Part shown: positions 9,119 to 18,907 of the stretch, in pieces | Numbering within the stretch: position 1 is the stretch's first letter | Layout of the letters: every line of letters begins with the position of its first letter | Source of the DNA: an uncultured delta proteobacterium | Lineage (GTDB): Bacteria; Myxococcota; Myxococcia; Myxococcales; Myxococcaceae | Direction: 5' to 3' | Assembly: GCA_963713045.1 (NCBI GenBank) | Contig: CAVQKE010000001.1 | Span: 160,001 to 224,000, forward strand | Length of the DNA: 64,000 nucleotides | Translations under genes and position numbers: made by a program | The notes under the pieces: generated by a model | What the model was told of the DNA's origin: nothing | Databases searched by the model: none | What the model saw: the letters and a program-made list of their open reading frames with translations, nothing else

Positions 9119-12100
9119 TTAAGCCACCGAGAAGTAGAACGCGTCTGGGTGGTGGAATGCCAGGGCGGACACCGAGGCCTCGGGCTCCATCATGCAGCCG
9201 TCGGTGAGCTCCACGCCGACCTCCTCCGGGCGAAGGACAGCGAAGAGCTGCGCTTGGTCCTCCAGGCGCGGGCAGGCCGGGTAGCCAAAGGAGTAGCGCT
9301 TGCCCTGGTACTCGGCACGAAAGCGCTCCAGCATGCTGAGGCCGGGCGCGTCGGGAAAGCCCCACATGCTGCGCAGCCGGGAGTGGAGGAGCTCGGCGTA
9401 GGCCTCGGCCGTCTCCAGCGCCAGCGCCTGGACGGCGTGCATTTGTAGGAAGCGTCCTTCGGCTTTGAATTGCTCGCTCAGGGCACGGATGCCGGTGCCG
9501 GCGGTCACCACGAAGAGGCAGACGTTGTCGCGGGGGGCGCCTGCCTGGAGGGGAGCAGCGAAGTCCGCGAGGCAGACGCCGCCGGCGCGGGCCTGGCGGG
9601 GAAAGTCGAAGCGGGTCACTTCCTTTCCACCACTTCCGTCGAAGAGGAGGAGCGCGTTGCCGTCCGAGCCAGCCCGGAAGAATTGAAACACCGCGCGCGG
9701 CTGGAGTCGTCCGTCGCGGAGGAAGGCTTTCAAGCCGTCGATGACCTGCTTCACTTCGAGTGCCTTACGGCCCTCTTCGGTGTTGTGGAGCGCTGCCTCC
9801 CCGGCCGTTCCCAGCGCCCGCGCCACCGAGCCCTTCACGCCCAGGTGCCGCCCGTAGAGCATCACTGGGTTGACGAAGCGCCAGATGTCGTCGAGTGGCG
9901 TGCTGCTCAGCACGTGGCGCTCGAAGTCCGGAGGGGCCGGGAAGGCCTCCAGGACGCGCACCTCGGCGGAGCGCCTCGCCGGAGCGACGACCGGTGCCGG
10001 GCGGGCGACGGCCTCCGCCTTTAACGCCGCCCGGCGCACTTGGAGCTCCCCCTCGAGGACACCGCGCTCGGTGGGGTTCACCATCCGTTTGGCCAGCTCC
10101 AGCCCACTCATCGCGTCCTGGGCGTAGGCCACCGTGCCGGCGTAGGCCGGGGCGATGGACTTGTCGACGAAGTTGCGGCTCAGCGCTGCGCCGCCCACCA
10201 ACAGGGGAAGCTTCACCCCGGAGCGAGAGAGGTCTTCGGCGGTGGTCACCATCTGGTGGGCGCTCTTCACCAACAGGCCGGACAGCCCGAGGATGTCTGG
10301 CCGGTGCTCGCGCACCGCGGCCACCAGCTGCTCGGGCGGAACTTTGATGCCCAGGTTCACCACTTGGAAGCCGTTGTTGGCGAGAATAATTTCGACCAGA
10401 TTCTTCCCAATGTCGTGCACGTCCCCCTTCACCGTCGCCAGCACCACCTTGCCGCGCACCGCAGTGGTGGAGCGGTCCATTTTCGGCTCGAGGTAGCTGA
10501 CCGCCGCCTTCATCACCTCCGCGCTCTGGAGCACCTCGGCCACAATCAATTCGTTGGCGCCGAAGAGGCGGCCCACCTCGTCCATGCCGCGCATCAGGGG
10601 CCCGTTGATGACTTCCAGCGGCGTCCGGTTGGCCAAGGCAAGCTCGATGTCGGCCGTCAGCCCGTCGCGAGTTCCCTCCACCACGTAGCGGGCCAGCCGC
10701 TCGTCCAGCGGCAGCTCAGCCACCTTGGGGCGCGCCGGCCGCGCCTCGCGGAATTGCGCGGCAAAGGGCGTCACCGGGTCCAGGCCGCGGTTGTAGAGGA
10801 GGTCCTCCGCCAGCTTGCGGTCCGCCTCACCCAAGGTGGCGTAACGCTCCAACTTCTCCGCATTGACCAGGGCCATGTCCAGCCCGGCCAGCGTGCAGTG
10901 GTAGAGGAAGACCGAGTTGAGGACTTCGCGCCCGGCGACGGGCAGCCCGAAGGAGACGTTGGAGATGCCGAGCACCGTCTTGCAGCGCGGGAGCCGCTGC
11001 TTAATCAACCGCACGCCTTCGACGGTTTCCACCGCGCTGCCGGTGTACTGCGCATCCCCGGAGGCACACGGGAAGACCAGCGGGTCGAAGTAGAGGTCCT
11101 CCGGCTCCATCCCAAAGTCTCGGGTCAGCACCTCAAAGCTGCGCTCGGCGACTGCCAGCTTCCGCTCGCGCGTCACCGCCATGCCCACCTCGTCGATGCA
11201 GCCGACCACCAGCGCCGCGCCGAATTTGCGGGCCAGTGGCACCACCTTCTCGAAGCGTTCAAGCCCGTCCTCGAGATTGACGGAGTTGATGAGGGACTTG
11301 CCTTGGCAATAGGTGAGCGCCTCGGCGATGCAGCGCGCATCGGTGCTGTCAATCATCAGCGGCACCCGTACCTTCTTCACCACCACCTCCAGGAAGCGGC
11401 GCAGGTCGGCCAGTTCCTCTCGGTCGGGATTGGCCAGGCAGATGTCGATGACTTGGGCGCCCCGCTTCACCTGGGCCCGGGCCACCTCGCTCGCGTCCTC
11501 CCAGGCTTCGGAGACAATCAACCCCTTGAATTTGCGCGAACCGATGACGTTGGTTCGCTCGCCGACGATGACCGGCCGCACTTCCTCCCCCACTTCCAGG
11601 TAGTCGACGCCGGACAGCCGGGAGCGGGTTGGCGGGAGGGTCCGCCGGGGCCCAAGCCCCTGCACTGCCTGGGCGATGGCGCGGACGTGTTCCGGCCCGG
11701 TGCCGCAGCAGCCGCCGACGACGTTGAGCCAGCCCTCCTGGCAGAAGCGGCGCAGCACCCGGGCCAGCATGTCCGGGGACTCGAGGTAGTGGCCGTTTTC
11801 GTCCGGAAGCCCGGCATTGGGGACGCACCCCACCGGAAAGCGGCTGATGGCGGCCAGCGACCGAATGTGGTCGGTCATGAATTCCGGCCCGGTGGCGCAG
11901 TTGAGGCCAAGGTAGAGGAGCTCGGCCTGCTCCAGCGAGGTGGCCAGCGCTTCCACCGATTGGCCGGCCAGCATCGTCCCGGTGGCCTCAATGGTACCGC
12001 TGACGGCGACCGGTACCCGCTCGCCCAGCGCCTGGAAGGCGCGCTCGCAGCCGAGGAGCGCCGCCTTCACATTGCGGGTGTCCTGGGCGGTTTCGATGAG

Positions 12101-12592
12101 GAGGTAGTCCACCCCGCCCGCCACCAGCCCCTGGGCCTGGACGCTAAAGGTGTCGACCAGGCCCTCGAAGGTGACGCCGCCGGTGACGCTGATGGCCTTG
12201 GTGGTGGGGCCGATGCTGCCCGCCACCCAGCGGGGGCGGCCGTCCTCGGCCTCGACGGCAGCCGCGGCTTCGCGGGCCAGCTCCGCCGCCCGGGCGTTGA
12301 GGGCGTGCGCCTGGTTGGCCAGGCCATACTCGGCCAGCACCAGCGGCGTTCCGCCGAAGGTGTCCGTCTCGGCCACGTCCGCCCCGGCGCGGAAGTAGGC
12401 GATGTGGATGTCGCGGATGAGGTCGGGCCGACTGAAGACGAGGTTTTCATTGCAGCCTTCGAGTTCCGGGCCCCCGAAGTCCGCAGCCTTCAGGTTTTTG
12501 GATTGGATGTAGGTGCCCATCGCCCCGTCGAGGACAAGGAGCCGCGTTGCCAGGCCGCCCTTCAACCCGGCGATGCGCTGGGCGCGGCTCAC
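9119..12592 (-). CDS. metH: Cobalamin-dependent methionine synthase
   Basis: LDGAMGT, GGCCGT, GERTN, GDVHDIGKN B12 motif, RYSFGYPACP. Confidence 0.97.
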   Translation of the reverse strand: MSRAQRIAGLKGGLATRLLVLDGAMGTYIQSKNLKAADFGGPELEGCNENLVFSRPDLIRDIHIAYFRAGADVAETDTFGGTPLVLAEYGLANQAHALNARAAELAREAAAAVEAEDGRPRWVAGSIGPTTKAISVTGGVTFEGLVDTFSVQAQGLVAGGVDYLLIETAQDTRNVKAALLGCERAFQALGERVPVAVSGTIEATGTMLAGQSVEALATSLEQAELLYLGLNCATGPEFMTDHIRSLAAISRFPVGCVPNAGLPDENGHYLESPDMLARVLRRFCQEGWLNVVGGCCGTGPEHVRAIAQAVQGLGPRRTLPPTRSRLSGVDYLEVGEEVRPVIVGERTNVIGSRKFKGLIVSEAWEDASEVARAQVKRGAQVIDICLANPDREELADLRRFLEVVVKKVRVPLMIDSTDARCIAEALTYCQGKSLINSVNLEDGLERFEKVVPLARKFGAALVVGCIDEVGMAVTRERKLAVAERSFEVLTRDFGMEPEDLYFDPLVFPCASGDAQYTGSAVETVEGVRLIKQRLPRCKTVLGISNVSFGLPVAGREVLNSVFLYHCTLAGLDMALVNAEKLERYATLGEADRKLAEDLLYNRGLDPVTPFAAQFREARPARPKVAELPLDERLARYVVEGTRDGLTADIELALANRTPLEVINGPLMRGMDEVGRLFGANELIVAEVLQSAEVMKAAVSYLEPKMDRSTTAVRGKVVLATVKGDVHDIGKNLVEIILANNGFQVVNLGIKVPPEQLVAAVREHRPDILGLSGLLVKSAHQMVTTAEDLSRSGVKLPLLVGGAALSRNFVDKSIAPAYAGTVAYAQDAMSGLELAKRMVNPTERGVLEGELQVRRAALKAEAVARPAPVVAPARRSAEVRVLEAFPAPPDFERHVLSSTPLDDIWRFVNPVMLYGRHLGVKGSVARALGTAGEAALHNTEEGRKALEVKQVIDGLKAFLRDGRLQPRAVFQFFRAGSDGNALLLFDGSGGKEVTRFDFPRQARAGGVCLADFAAPLQAGAPRDNVCLFVVTAGTGIRALSEQFKAEGRFLQMHAVQALALETAEAYAELLHSRLRSMWGFPDAPGLSMLERFRAEYQGKRYSFGYPACPRLEDQAQLFAVLRPEEVGVELTDGCMMEPEASVSALAFHHPDAFYFSVA

Positions 12593-13482
12593 CTTTTTTC
12601 TCCGGTGAGGAGAAAGACGCGAAACGGCGAGGTGGCCTCCCGGGGGTGCACCTGACGACCGAGGGCGCTGAAGCCGGCGCGCTTGAGACTGGCCTCAAGC
12701 CGAGGCGGGCTGAAGCCGAGGTGGCGGTGGCCGAGGCGCTCCCGCACCCACGTCTCCTCGTGCACCATCAGTTCCAGCACCACCAGCTTCCCCTTGGGCC
12801 GCAGCAGCCGCGCTGCTTCCCGCAGCACCGCGTCCGGCTCCTCCACATGGTGCAGACTCTGCGACAGCACCACCAAGTCCAGGCTGCTTGCCTCCAGCGA
12901 CAGCGCATGGAGGTCCTCCCGGACGAAGTGGATGTTGCGCACCCCCTCCCGGCGCGCCCGGGCCCGCGCTTGGGCCAGGGCCTCGGGGTTTTGGTCGATG
13001 GCCACCACCGTCCGGGCCCACCGGGCCAACGACACGCTGAGGACGCCCGAGCCACAGCCAAAGTCCGCCACGTCCAGCGCCGGCAGCAGCGAGGCGAGCG
13101 CTGAGCTCCAGAGAAACCAGGACTGCCCGGGCTCCAGCAGGCGCTCGTTGAGCACCGTCCGGTCCAGGCGCTGGCGCATCAAGTCGGTCAGCCGGGCCTG
13201 GTCGCCGCTGACGTCCTCGGCTTCGCAGGCCAGGCGGATGAGGGGCCAGTGCAAGTCCTCGGCGTCCACCGCCAAGGAATAGTAGGTGAAGCCCGCGGCC
13301 CGCTCCTCGCGCACCAGGCCCAGCTGCCGCAGCTTGCTCAAATGGTGGCTGACGCTGGACTGGGCCACCCCGACCACCGAGACCAGCTCGCTCACGTTGA
13401 GCGGTGCCGCCGCAAGAAGCCGCAACAGCCGGAGCCGCGTCGGGTCTCCGAGGGCGCGAAAGGACTGGGAGAGCGCCTCCAT
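12589..13482 (-). CDS. sahR: ArsR-family HTH fused to a SAM-dependent methyltransferase domain (SahR-like regulator)
   Basis: ALGDPTRLRLL/SVSHHL HTH plus DFGCGSG and LHH; stop overlaps the metH start. Confidence 0.8.
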   Translation of the reverse strand: MEALSQSFRALGDPTRLRLLRLLAAAPLNVSELVSVVGVAQSSVSHHLSKLRQLGLVREERAAGFTYYSLAVDAEDLHWPLIRLACEAEDVSGDQARLTDLMRQRLDRTVLNERLLEPGQSWFLWSSALASLLPALDVADFGCGSGVLSVSLARWARTVVAIDQNPEALAQARARARREGVRNIHFVREDLHALSLEASSLDLVVLSQSLHHVEEPDAVLREAARLLRPKGKLVVLELMVHEETWVRERLGHRHLGFSPPRLEASLKRAGFSALGRQVHPREATSPFRVFLLTGEKR

Positions 13483-13506
13483 ATCGACAGATGCTCATAT
13501 GTCGAT
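13481..13506. promoter_or_regulatory. Palindromic operator abutting the sahR start codon (putative SahR site)
   Basis: ATATCGACAGATGCTCATAT at 13481-13500 and inverted repeat ATCGACA-N10-TGTCGAT at 13483-13506; AT-rich patch in GC-rich DNA. Confidence 0.6.
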
Positions 13507-13591
13507 TCTTTGCGTCGCACAACCCAGGGCGCGCGAGCGGCCTTCTGGGGGGCACCCGGGGGGGGCGAATGGGACGACGTCTTGGGGGGCG

Positions 13592-14038
13592 TCAGCCGCG
13601 GCTGCGACGGCGGTGCTCCACCAAAAGGCAGCGGTCCTGGACCACGTCAATGCCCGCAGCGGCCAGCGTGTCCGCCACCGCGTCATTGCGAATGCCCAGC
13701 TGAAACCACACCGCCTTGGGCCGTTTGGCCAGCAAGTCAGCCAGGTGTTGCTCGAGGTCCACCGGGCGTCGGAAGACGTCCACCAAGTCAATGTCGCCGG
13801 GAATGTCCTGCAGGCGCCGGTACACCTTCTGGCCGAGAATTTCTGTCGTCTCCGGGTAGTAAACGGGGACTGGAATCACCTCCAAGCCCGCCCGAAGCAG
13901 GTACTCCGGCACGTCGAAGGCGGGCTGCCCGGCCTGGGCCTCGGTTTTCATGCCGAGGACGGCAATGCGCCGCGAGCGCTTCACCACCTCGGCAATGCCG
14001 GCGTCGGTCTCAATGCGGTGCGGCGAAAGCTGGCTCAT
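13592..14038 (-). CDS. CoA-binding protein (YccU family)
   Basis: IAVLG, DLVDVFR, VWFQLGI, VVQDRC. Confidence 0.88.
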   Translation of the reverse strand: MSQLSPHRIETDAGIAEVVKRSRRIAVLGMKTEAQAGQPAFDVPEYLLRAGLEVIPVPVYYPETTEILGQKVYRRLQDIPGDIDLVDVFRRPVDLEQHLADLLAKRPKAVWFQLGIRNDAVADTLAAAGIDVVQDRCLLVEHRRRSRG

Positions 14039-14177
14039 GAGGCGACACCTCCCCGGGAGGCTGCCTACATAGCTGGCCGGGCGCCCCGGCCGCACGCCAT
14101 TCGCGCCCAGCGTTGTCGAAACTCACCCACAGTGCTGGCGACTTGCGAAGGGCTTGCAAGGGCGGACCGAGCTGAGC

Positions 14178-15032
14178 ATGAGCAGAGGCGTGAAGACCCT
14201 GCACCTGAGTCATGCCCGCGCCCGGGAGCTTCTGGGCCACGCGCTGAAAGCTGGCCCGGCGCGCCTGGACTGGGCCGCCTGTGCGGTCGCTTCCCTCGTC
14301 GACGACGCCTTTGAGGTGGACGCCGTGGAGGCGACGCTCGACGCGCTGGGCCGCCGCGTCGAGAAGTGGCTTCCGGCGCAAGCCGACGTCCCGGCCCAGC
14401 TGGGAGCCCTGCGCCGGGTGTTGGTCGAGGAGGAGGGCTTCACCGGCAACGCCGCGTTGGACGACGCGCCGGAAAGCAGCGCGCTGCACCACGTGCTGGT
14501 GCGCAAGACTGGGCTGCCCATTGCCCTCTCGGTGGTCTACCTGGAGGTGGCCCGACGGGCCGGCGTCCCGCTGGTGGGCGTGTCCTTCCCGGCCCACTTC
14601 CTGGTGGCCACCCCGGGCCCCGGCGAGCGCCTGGTCCTCGACCCCTTCAACCAGGGGCGGCTGCTCAGCGGGAATAGCTGCGAGGAGCTGTTGGCCAAGG
14701 TGGCCCCGGCGGTGCGCTTCTCCCCGCGCCTTCTGTCGGCCGCCTCGGTGCCCACCATCGTCACCCGCATGCTGAGCAACCTGAAGCGCTCCTACCTTTC
14801 CACGGGGGACGGGGAGCGCGCCCTGGCGGTGGTGGACTTGCTGCTGGTGTTGGCCCCGGACCATCCCGGGGAGCTGCGGGTGCGGGCCGGCATCCTCTCC
14901 GCCTTGGGCGCCTACCAGGCGGCGTTGGCGGACGTCGAAAGGTGTCTGGAACTGTCCCCGGACGCGCCGGACCAGCGCAACCTGCGGCTGGCAGCCCGGA
15001 CCTTGAAGCAGCGCGTGGATTACCTGAACTGA
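14178..15032 (+). CDS. SirB1/YchA family protein (transglutaminase-like domain plus TPR)
   Basis: GFTGN, GLPIALS, FPAHF, DPFNQG, RMLSNLK; start uncertain. Confidence 0.85.
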   Translation: MSRGVKTLHLSHARARELLGHALKAGPARLDWAACAVASLVDDAFEVDAVEATLDALGRRVEKWLPAQADVPAQLGALRRVLVEEEGFTGNAALDDAPESSALHHVLVRKTGLPIALSVVYLEVARRAGVPLVGVSFPAHFLVATPGPGERLVLDPFNQGRLLSGNSCEELLAKVAPAVRFSPRLLSAASVPTIVTRMLSNLKRSYLSTGDGERALAVVDLLLVLAPDHPGELRVRAGILSALGAYQAALADVERCLELSPDAPDQRNLRLAARTLKQRVDYLN

Positions 15033-15053
15033 CGACGGCCTCGAGGCCCCCTT

Positions 15054-15608
15054 TTGGACGAATCCATCCCCAAGGCCTGGAGACGTCTAGAGAAGGGGGA
15101 GGAGCACGACTTCACCATCCTCCGCGTCCGCGAGGACAGCTACCTTGACCCCCGCGATGGCACCGTCCACCCGCGGCTGCACTTCAGCGCGCCGGACTGG
15201 GTGAATGTGCTGGCCCTCACCCCCCAGCGCGAGGCCCTGCTGGTGCGCCAATTCCGCTTCGGCGTGCAGGCCACCACCTTGGAGATTCCGGGGGGCATGG
15301 TGGACCCCGGAGAGACGCCAGCCGCGGCAGCAGCCCGCGAGCTCGAGGAGGAGACCGGCTTCGGTGCAGCGCGCTGGACGTCACTTGGCACGGTCCACCC
15401 CAACCCAGCCCTCCAAGACAACCACTGCCACAGCTACCTCGCCTTGGGCTGTGAGCCGCTGGCCAACGCCCGCCCCCAGGCGGACGAGGACATTCAACTG
15501 GTGCGCGTTCCGGCCGATACCCTCCAGCGCCTCATCGCAACGGGCGAAATTACCCACGCCCTGGTGGTGAACGCCGTGTACTTCGCCGTGCGCGCCGGGG
15601 CGCTTTGA
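15054..15608 (+). CDS. NUDIX hydrolase (ADP-ribose pyrophosphatase-like)
   Basis: Nudix box GGMVDPGETPAAAAARELEEETG. Confidence 0.9.
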   Translation: MDESIPKAWRRLEKGEEHDFTILRVREDSYLDPRDGTVHPRLHFSAPDWVNVLALTPQREALLVRQFRFGVQATTLEIPGGMVDPGETPAAAAARELEEETGFGAARWTSLGTVHPNPALQDNHCHSYLALGCEPLANARPQADEDIQLVRVPADTLQRLIATGEITHALVVNAVYFAVRAGAL

Positions 15609-16077
15609 GGGGGCGGCGGGGGGCGGAGCGCTTGGCTTTGGAAGGCGTGCGGCTCCAGGTCCCACTGCGACCGCCGGCCTTGTGCTGTAGCTGCAGCGAC
15701 TCCAGCACCATGCCCCGGTCGACGCTTTTGCACATGTCGTAGACGGTGAGCGCGGCGGCAGCCGCAGCGGTGAGGGCCTCCATCTCCACCCCGGTGCGGT
15801 CCACCGTCCGCACCTCGGTCCGCACGTCCACCCCCGCGCCGCGCGTCCACACCTGCACCTCCACCGCGGACAGGGCAATGGGGTGGCACAGCGGCACCAG
15901 GTCCGGTGTGCGTTTGGCCGCCATCACGCCTGCCAATTGAGCGGCGGCCAGCACGTCCCCCTTCTCCAGGTTGCCCTTCACAATGCGCCGCGCGGTGGAA
16001 GACTTCATCCGTAGCCGGGCGGTGGCCACCGCCACCCGCTCGGTCTTCGGCTTTCCGCCGACGTCCACCATTCTCAT
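15550..16077 (-). CDS. moaC: Cyclic pyranopterin monophosphate synthase MoaC
   Basis: MVDV..K, PLCHP, TGVEMEALT, YDMCK, KAGGRSG. Confidence 0.95.
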   Translation of the reverse strand: MRMVDVGGKPKTERVAVATARLRMKSSTARRIVKGNLEKGDVLAAAQLAGVMAAKRTPDLVPLCHPIALSAVEVQVWTRGAGVDVRTEVRTVDRTGVEMEALTAAAAAALTVYDMCKSVDRGMVLESLQLQHKAGGRSGTWSRTPSKAKRSAPRRPLKAPRRARRSTRRSPPGRG

Positions 16078-17255
16078 CGGCCCACCGCCTGGAGGAGGTC
16101 CGCGGCAATGTCCTCCGGGTCCTCGAGGCCCACCGAGACACGCACCAAACTCTCCGTGATGCCGGCTTGGGCGCGCTCCTCGGCCGTCATGCGGCGCGCG
16201 GATGCCGTGGCCGGGTGCATCACCAGGGTCCCCACGTCGCCCAGGGAGGGCGCGGGCCGGGCCAGCTTCACCCGCTCCAAAAACCGAAACACCTCTGCCC
16301 GGCCACCGCCGGCAATCTCAAAGGCCACCATGCCGCCGTAGCCGTGGGGCAACAGCACTTTGGCCCGGGCGTGCTGGGGGTGCGTCGGAAGCCCTGGGTA
16401 AAGCACGCGCAAGACGCGCTCATCCTGAGCCAGCCGCTGGGCCACCGCCAAGGCGTTGGCGCTGTGGGCCCGCATCCGGACCGGCAGCGTGCGCAGGCCG
16501 CGCAGCGTCAACCAGGCCTCGAAGGGCCCGAGGATTCCCCCGTCCAGGACGCGCGCGGCGAGCAGCGGGGCAATCAGCTTCGAGGAGCCGGAGATGGTGC
16601 CTCCGGTCGCGTCGGAATGGCCATTCATCCACTTGGTGGAGGACTGGAGCGCGTAGTCCGCGCCGAGCTCCAGCGTCCGCTGCAGCACCGGCGAGCTGAA
16701 GGTGCCATCCACGGCGAAGACTGCGCCCACCGCGTGGGCGGCCCGTCCCAAGCCGGGCAGGTCCGGGACGTGGAGCAGCGGGTTGGTGACGGCCTCGGCC
16801 AACACCAAGCGCGGGGCGAGGGCGCGGATGCGCTCCGGCGCCTCGTCGTCCGAGAGGCGAAGGGCGTGCAGCTGCACCTGCGAGCGGGCGGCGAGGGCCT
16901 TGTACAGGGCCCGGGTGGCGCCATAGCCGTCGGCGGGAACGACGACGCTGTCCGAGGGCCGAAGGCCTTGAGCGTCCCACAGCGCCCGCAGCGCGGCCAT
17001 TCCACTGGCATAGGCCACTGCCGCCTCGGCCCCCTCCAATGCGGCCACCGCCTCTTCCAACAGCGCGGCGTTCTGCCCGCGGATGCGGGTGTAGACGAAG
17101 TCCTTGCCGTCCAAGGAGGCGTCCAGGTCGTCGGCAGACTCGAAATACCCCACCGAACTCAGGTGCACCGGGGGAACGAGGTCCACCGTGCGAGAGCCGC
17201 GCAGCCGGCTGCCGGCGTGGACGGCGAGGGTGTCCGGTTTGGGAGGCGCACTCAC
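16074..17255 (-). CDS. Cys/Met metabolism PLP-dependent enzyme (cystathionine gamma-synthase/lyase family)
   Basis: YTR, ASGMAA, STKWMNGHSD PLP lysine, SLG, RVSVGLED; GTG start overlaps the trxB stop. Confidence 0.9.
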   Translation of the reverse strand: MSAPPKPDTLAVHAGSRLRGSRTVDLVPPVHLSSVGYFESADDLDASLDGKDFVYTRIRGQNAALLEEAVAALEGAEAAVAYASGMAALRALWDAQGLRPSDSVVVPADGYGATRALYKALAARSQVQLHALRLSDDEAPERIRALAPRLVLAEAVTNPLLHVPDLPGLGRAAHAVGAVFAVDGTFSSPVLQRTLELGADYALQSSTKWMNGHSDATGGTISGSSKLIAPLLAARVLDGGILGPFEAWLTLRGLRTLPVRMRAHSANALAVAQRLAQDERVLRVLYPGLPTHPQHARAKVLLPHGYGGMVAFEIAGGGRAEVFRFLERVKLARPAPSLGDVGTLVMHPATASARRMTAEERAQAGITESLVRVSVGLEDPEDIAADLLQAVGR

Positions 17256-18214
17256 TTTCCGTGCTCCACCAGGAAGTGCTCGGCGTCCATCGCCGCCATG
17301 CACCCAGTGCCGGCGGCGGTGACGGCCTGACGGTAGACGGGGTCCGCCACGTCGCCGCAGACGAAGACGCCTTCCACCTCGGTGCGCGTCGAGCCGGGGA
17401 CGGTTTTGATGTAGCCGGCCTCGGTCGTCTCGAGCCAGTTCTCGAAGAGTTCCGAGTTGGGCCGGTGGCCGATGGCGACGAAGAAGCCGCTCGCCGGCAG
17501 CGTCTGGACTTCCGACGTCTTGACGTTGCGCACCCGTGCCCCAGTGAAGGACTTCCCGTCGCCCAGCAGCTCCTCCACCACGGTGTTCCACACCACCTGG
17601 ATTTTTGGGTTTTTCAGGACCCGGTGCTGCATGATTTTGGAGGCCCGGAAGGCGTCACGGCGGTGAAGCAAGGTGACTTTGGAGGCCAGTTTGGAGAGGT
17701 AACTGGCCTCTTCCATGGCGGTGTCTCCCCCGCCGACCACCAGGACGTCGAGGCCTTTGAAGAAGGCCCCGTCGCAGGTGGCGCAGGCGCTGACGCCGCG
17801 GTTTCGGTAGTGCAGCTCCCCGGGCACATCCAGCCACTTGGCGGTGGCGCCGGTGGCGACAATCAACGTCTCGGTCGTCACCTTCGCCCCGCTTTCACTT
17901 TTGAGGTGGAAGGGGCGGTGGGCGAGGTCAACCTCGAGGATGTTTTCCAGGTGAATGACGGTGCCGAAGCGCTCGGCGTGCTTCTGGAAGCGCTCCACCA
18001 GCTCCGGGCCCGTCACCGCCTCGGGAAAGCCCGGGTAGTTCTCGACGTCGGTGGTAATCATCAACTGCCCTCCGGGCACGCGGGAGGGGTCATGCGCGAT
18101 GGGGCCGCCGGCGTACAGCACCGGCTCGAGGTTGGCGCGCGCGGCGTAGATGGCCGCGGTGTAGCCGGCCGGGCCAGAGCCGAGGATGGTGACTTTGTGG
18201 ATGGGCGTCGACAC
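17252..18214 (-). CDS. trxB: Thioredoxin reductase
   Basis: GSGPAG, VENYPGF, CATCD, GGGDTA, RQAVTAAG. Confidence 0.96.
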   Translation of the reverse strand: MSTPIHKVTILGSGPAGYTAAIYAARANLEPVLYAGGPIAHDPSRVPGGQLMITTDVENYPGFPEAVTGPELVERFQKHAERFGTVIHLENILEVDLAHRPFHLKSESGAKVTTETLIVATGATAKWLDVPGELHYRNRGVSACATCDGAFFKGLDVLVVGGGDTAMEEASYLSKLASKVTLLHRRDAFRASKIMQHRVLKNPKIQVVWNTVVEELLGDGKSFTGARVRNVKTSEVQTLPASGFFVAIGHRPNSELFENWLETTEAGYIKTVPGSTRTEVEGVFVCGDVADPVYRQAVTAAGTGCMAAMDAEHFLVEHGK

Positions 18215-18354
18215 GGGCTTCGCTGGACTCTCCTTCCCCGAACCGGTGGGGCAAAACGGCGCCCCTTGCGCGGGCCCCACCGTAGCAGCAGCAGGCCCTT
18301 CTGAGCCTCCGCCTTGTGGTACCAATGCTTCTGCAGATGGAGGAAGGTAACCGG

Positions 18355-18813
18355 ATGGACGTTGCCCCGCTCGCCCAGGTCACCCTTTTCCAGGGGTTGA
18401 GTCCCGCGCAGCTGAAGAAGGTGGCCTCCATCTGTGAGGCGGAGACGGTCGACGCCGGCTCGGTCATCTTTCGCGAGGGTGAGCCCGGCCAGTCGATGTA
18501 CCTTTTGGTCTCGGGAAAAGTGCGCATTTCCCGCCGCGTGCCGGGAATGGGCGAGGAAGCGTTGGCCATCCTCGACGCCGGACAATATTTCGGCGAGATG
18601 GGTGTGGTGGAGGAGAGCGTCCGCAGCGCCGACGCCTACGCCCACGAGACGGTCACCCTATGGCGCATCGACCGCCGACAATTCGACCAACTCCTCTTCA
18701 CCGACAAGGAGCTTGCCTACGCGGTGCTGTGGACGTTGGTGCGGACCCTGTCGGCGCGGCTGCGGGAGACCAACGAGAAGATGAAGGCCTTCTTCGCGAT
18801 GTCCCAATTCTAA
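18355..18813 (+). CDS. Cyclic nucleotide-binding domain protein
   Basis: IFREGEPG, FGEM, RSA; no HTH; SD GGAGG upstream. Confidence 0.88.
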   Translation: MDVAPLAQVTLFQGLSPAQLKKVASICEAETVDAGSVIFREGEPGQSMYLLVSGKVRISRRVPGMGEEALAILDAGQYFGEMGVVEESVRSADAYAHETVTLWRIDRRQFDQLLFTDKELAYAVLWTLVRTLSARLRETNEKMKAFFAMSQF

Positions 18814-18907
18814 AGGCAAGGCCCCGGGCGCCCTCAACGGCCCCGCGGCCGCCAGGAAACGCTTGGCCTTGAAGTCGCCCAGGCCAGCGCCGGGGTAGAC
18901 TGCCCCC

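Noticed and set aside
10040..12655. 871-aa plus-strand ORF opposite metH, and similar long antisense ORFs (31453-34590, 49674-51266, 55725-57704)
   Set aside because: Shadow ORFs caused by high GC3 in real genes on the other strand; no recognisable motifs.
15550..15608. Convergent 3' overlap of moaC and the NUDIX gene
   Set aside because: The overlapping MoaC tail is low-complexity run-on, common in GC-rich genomes.
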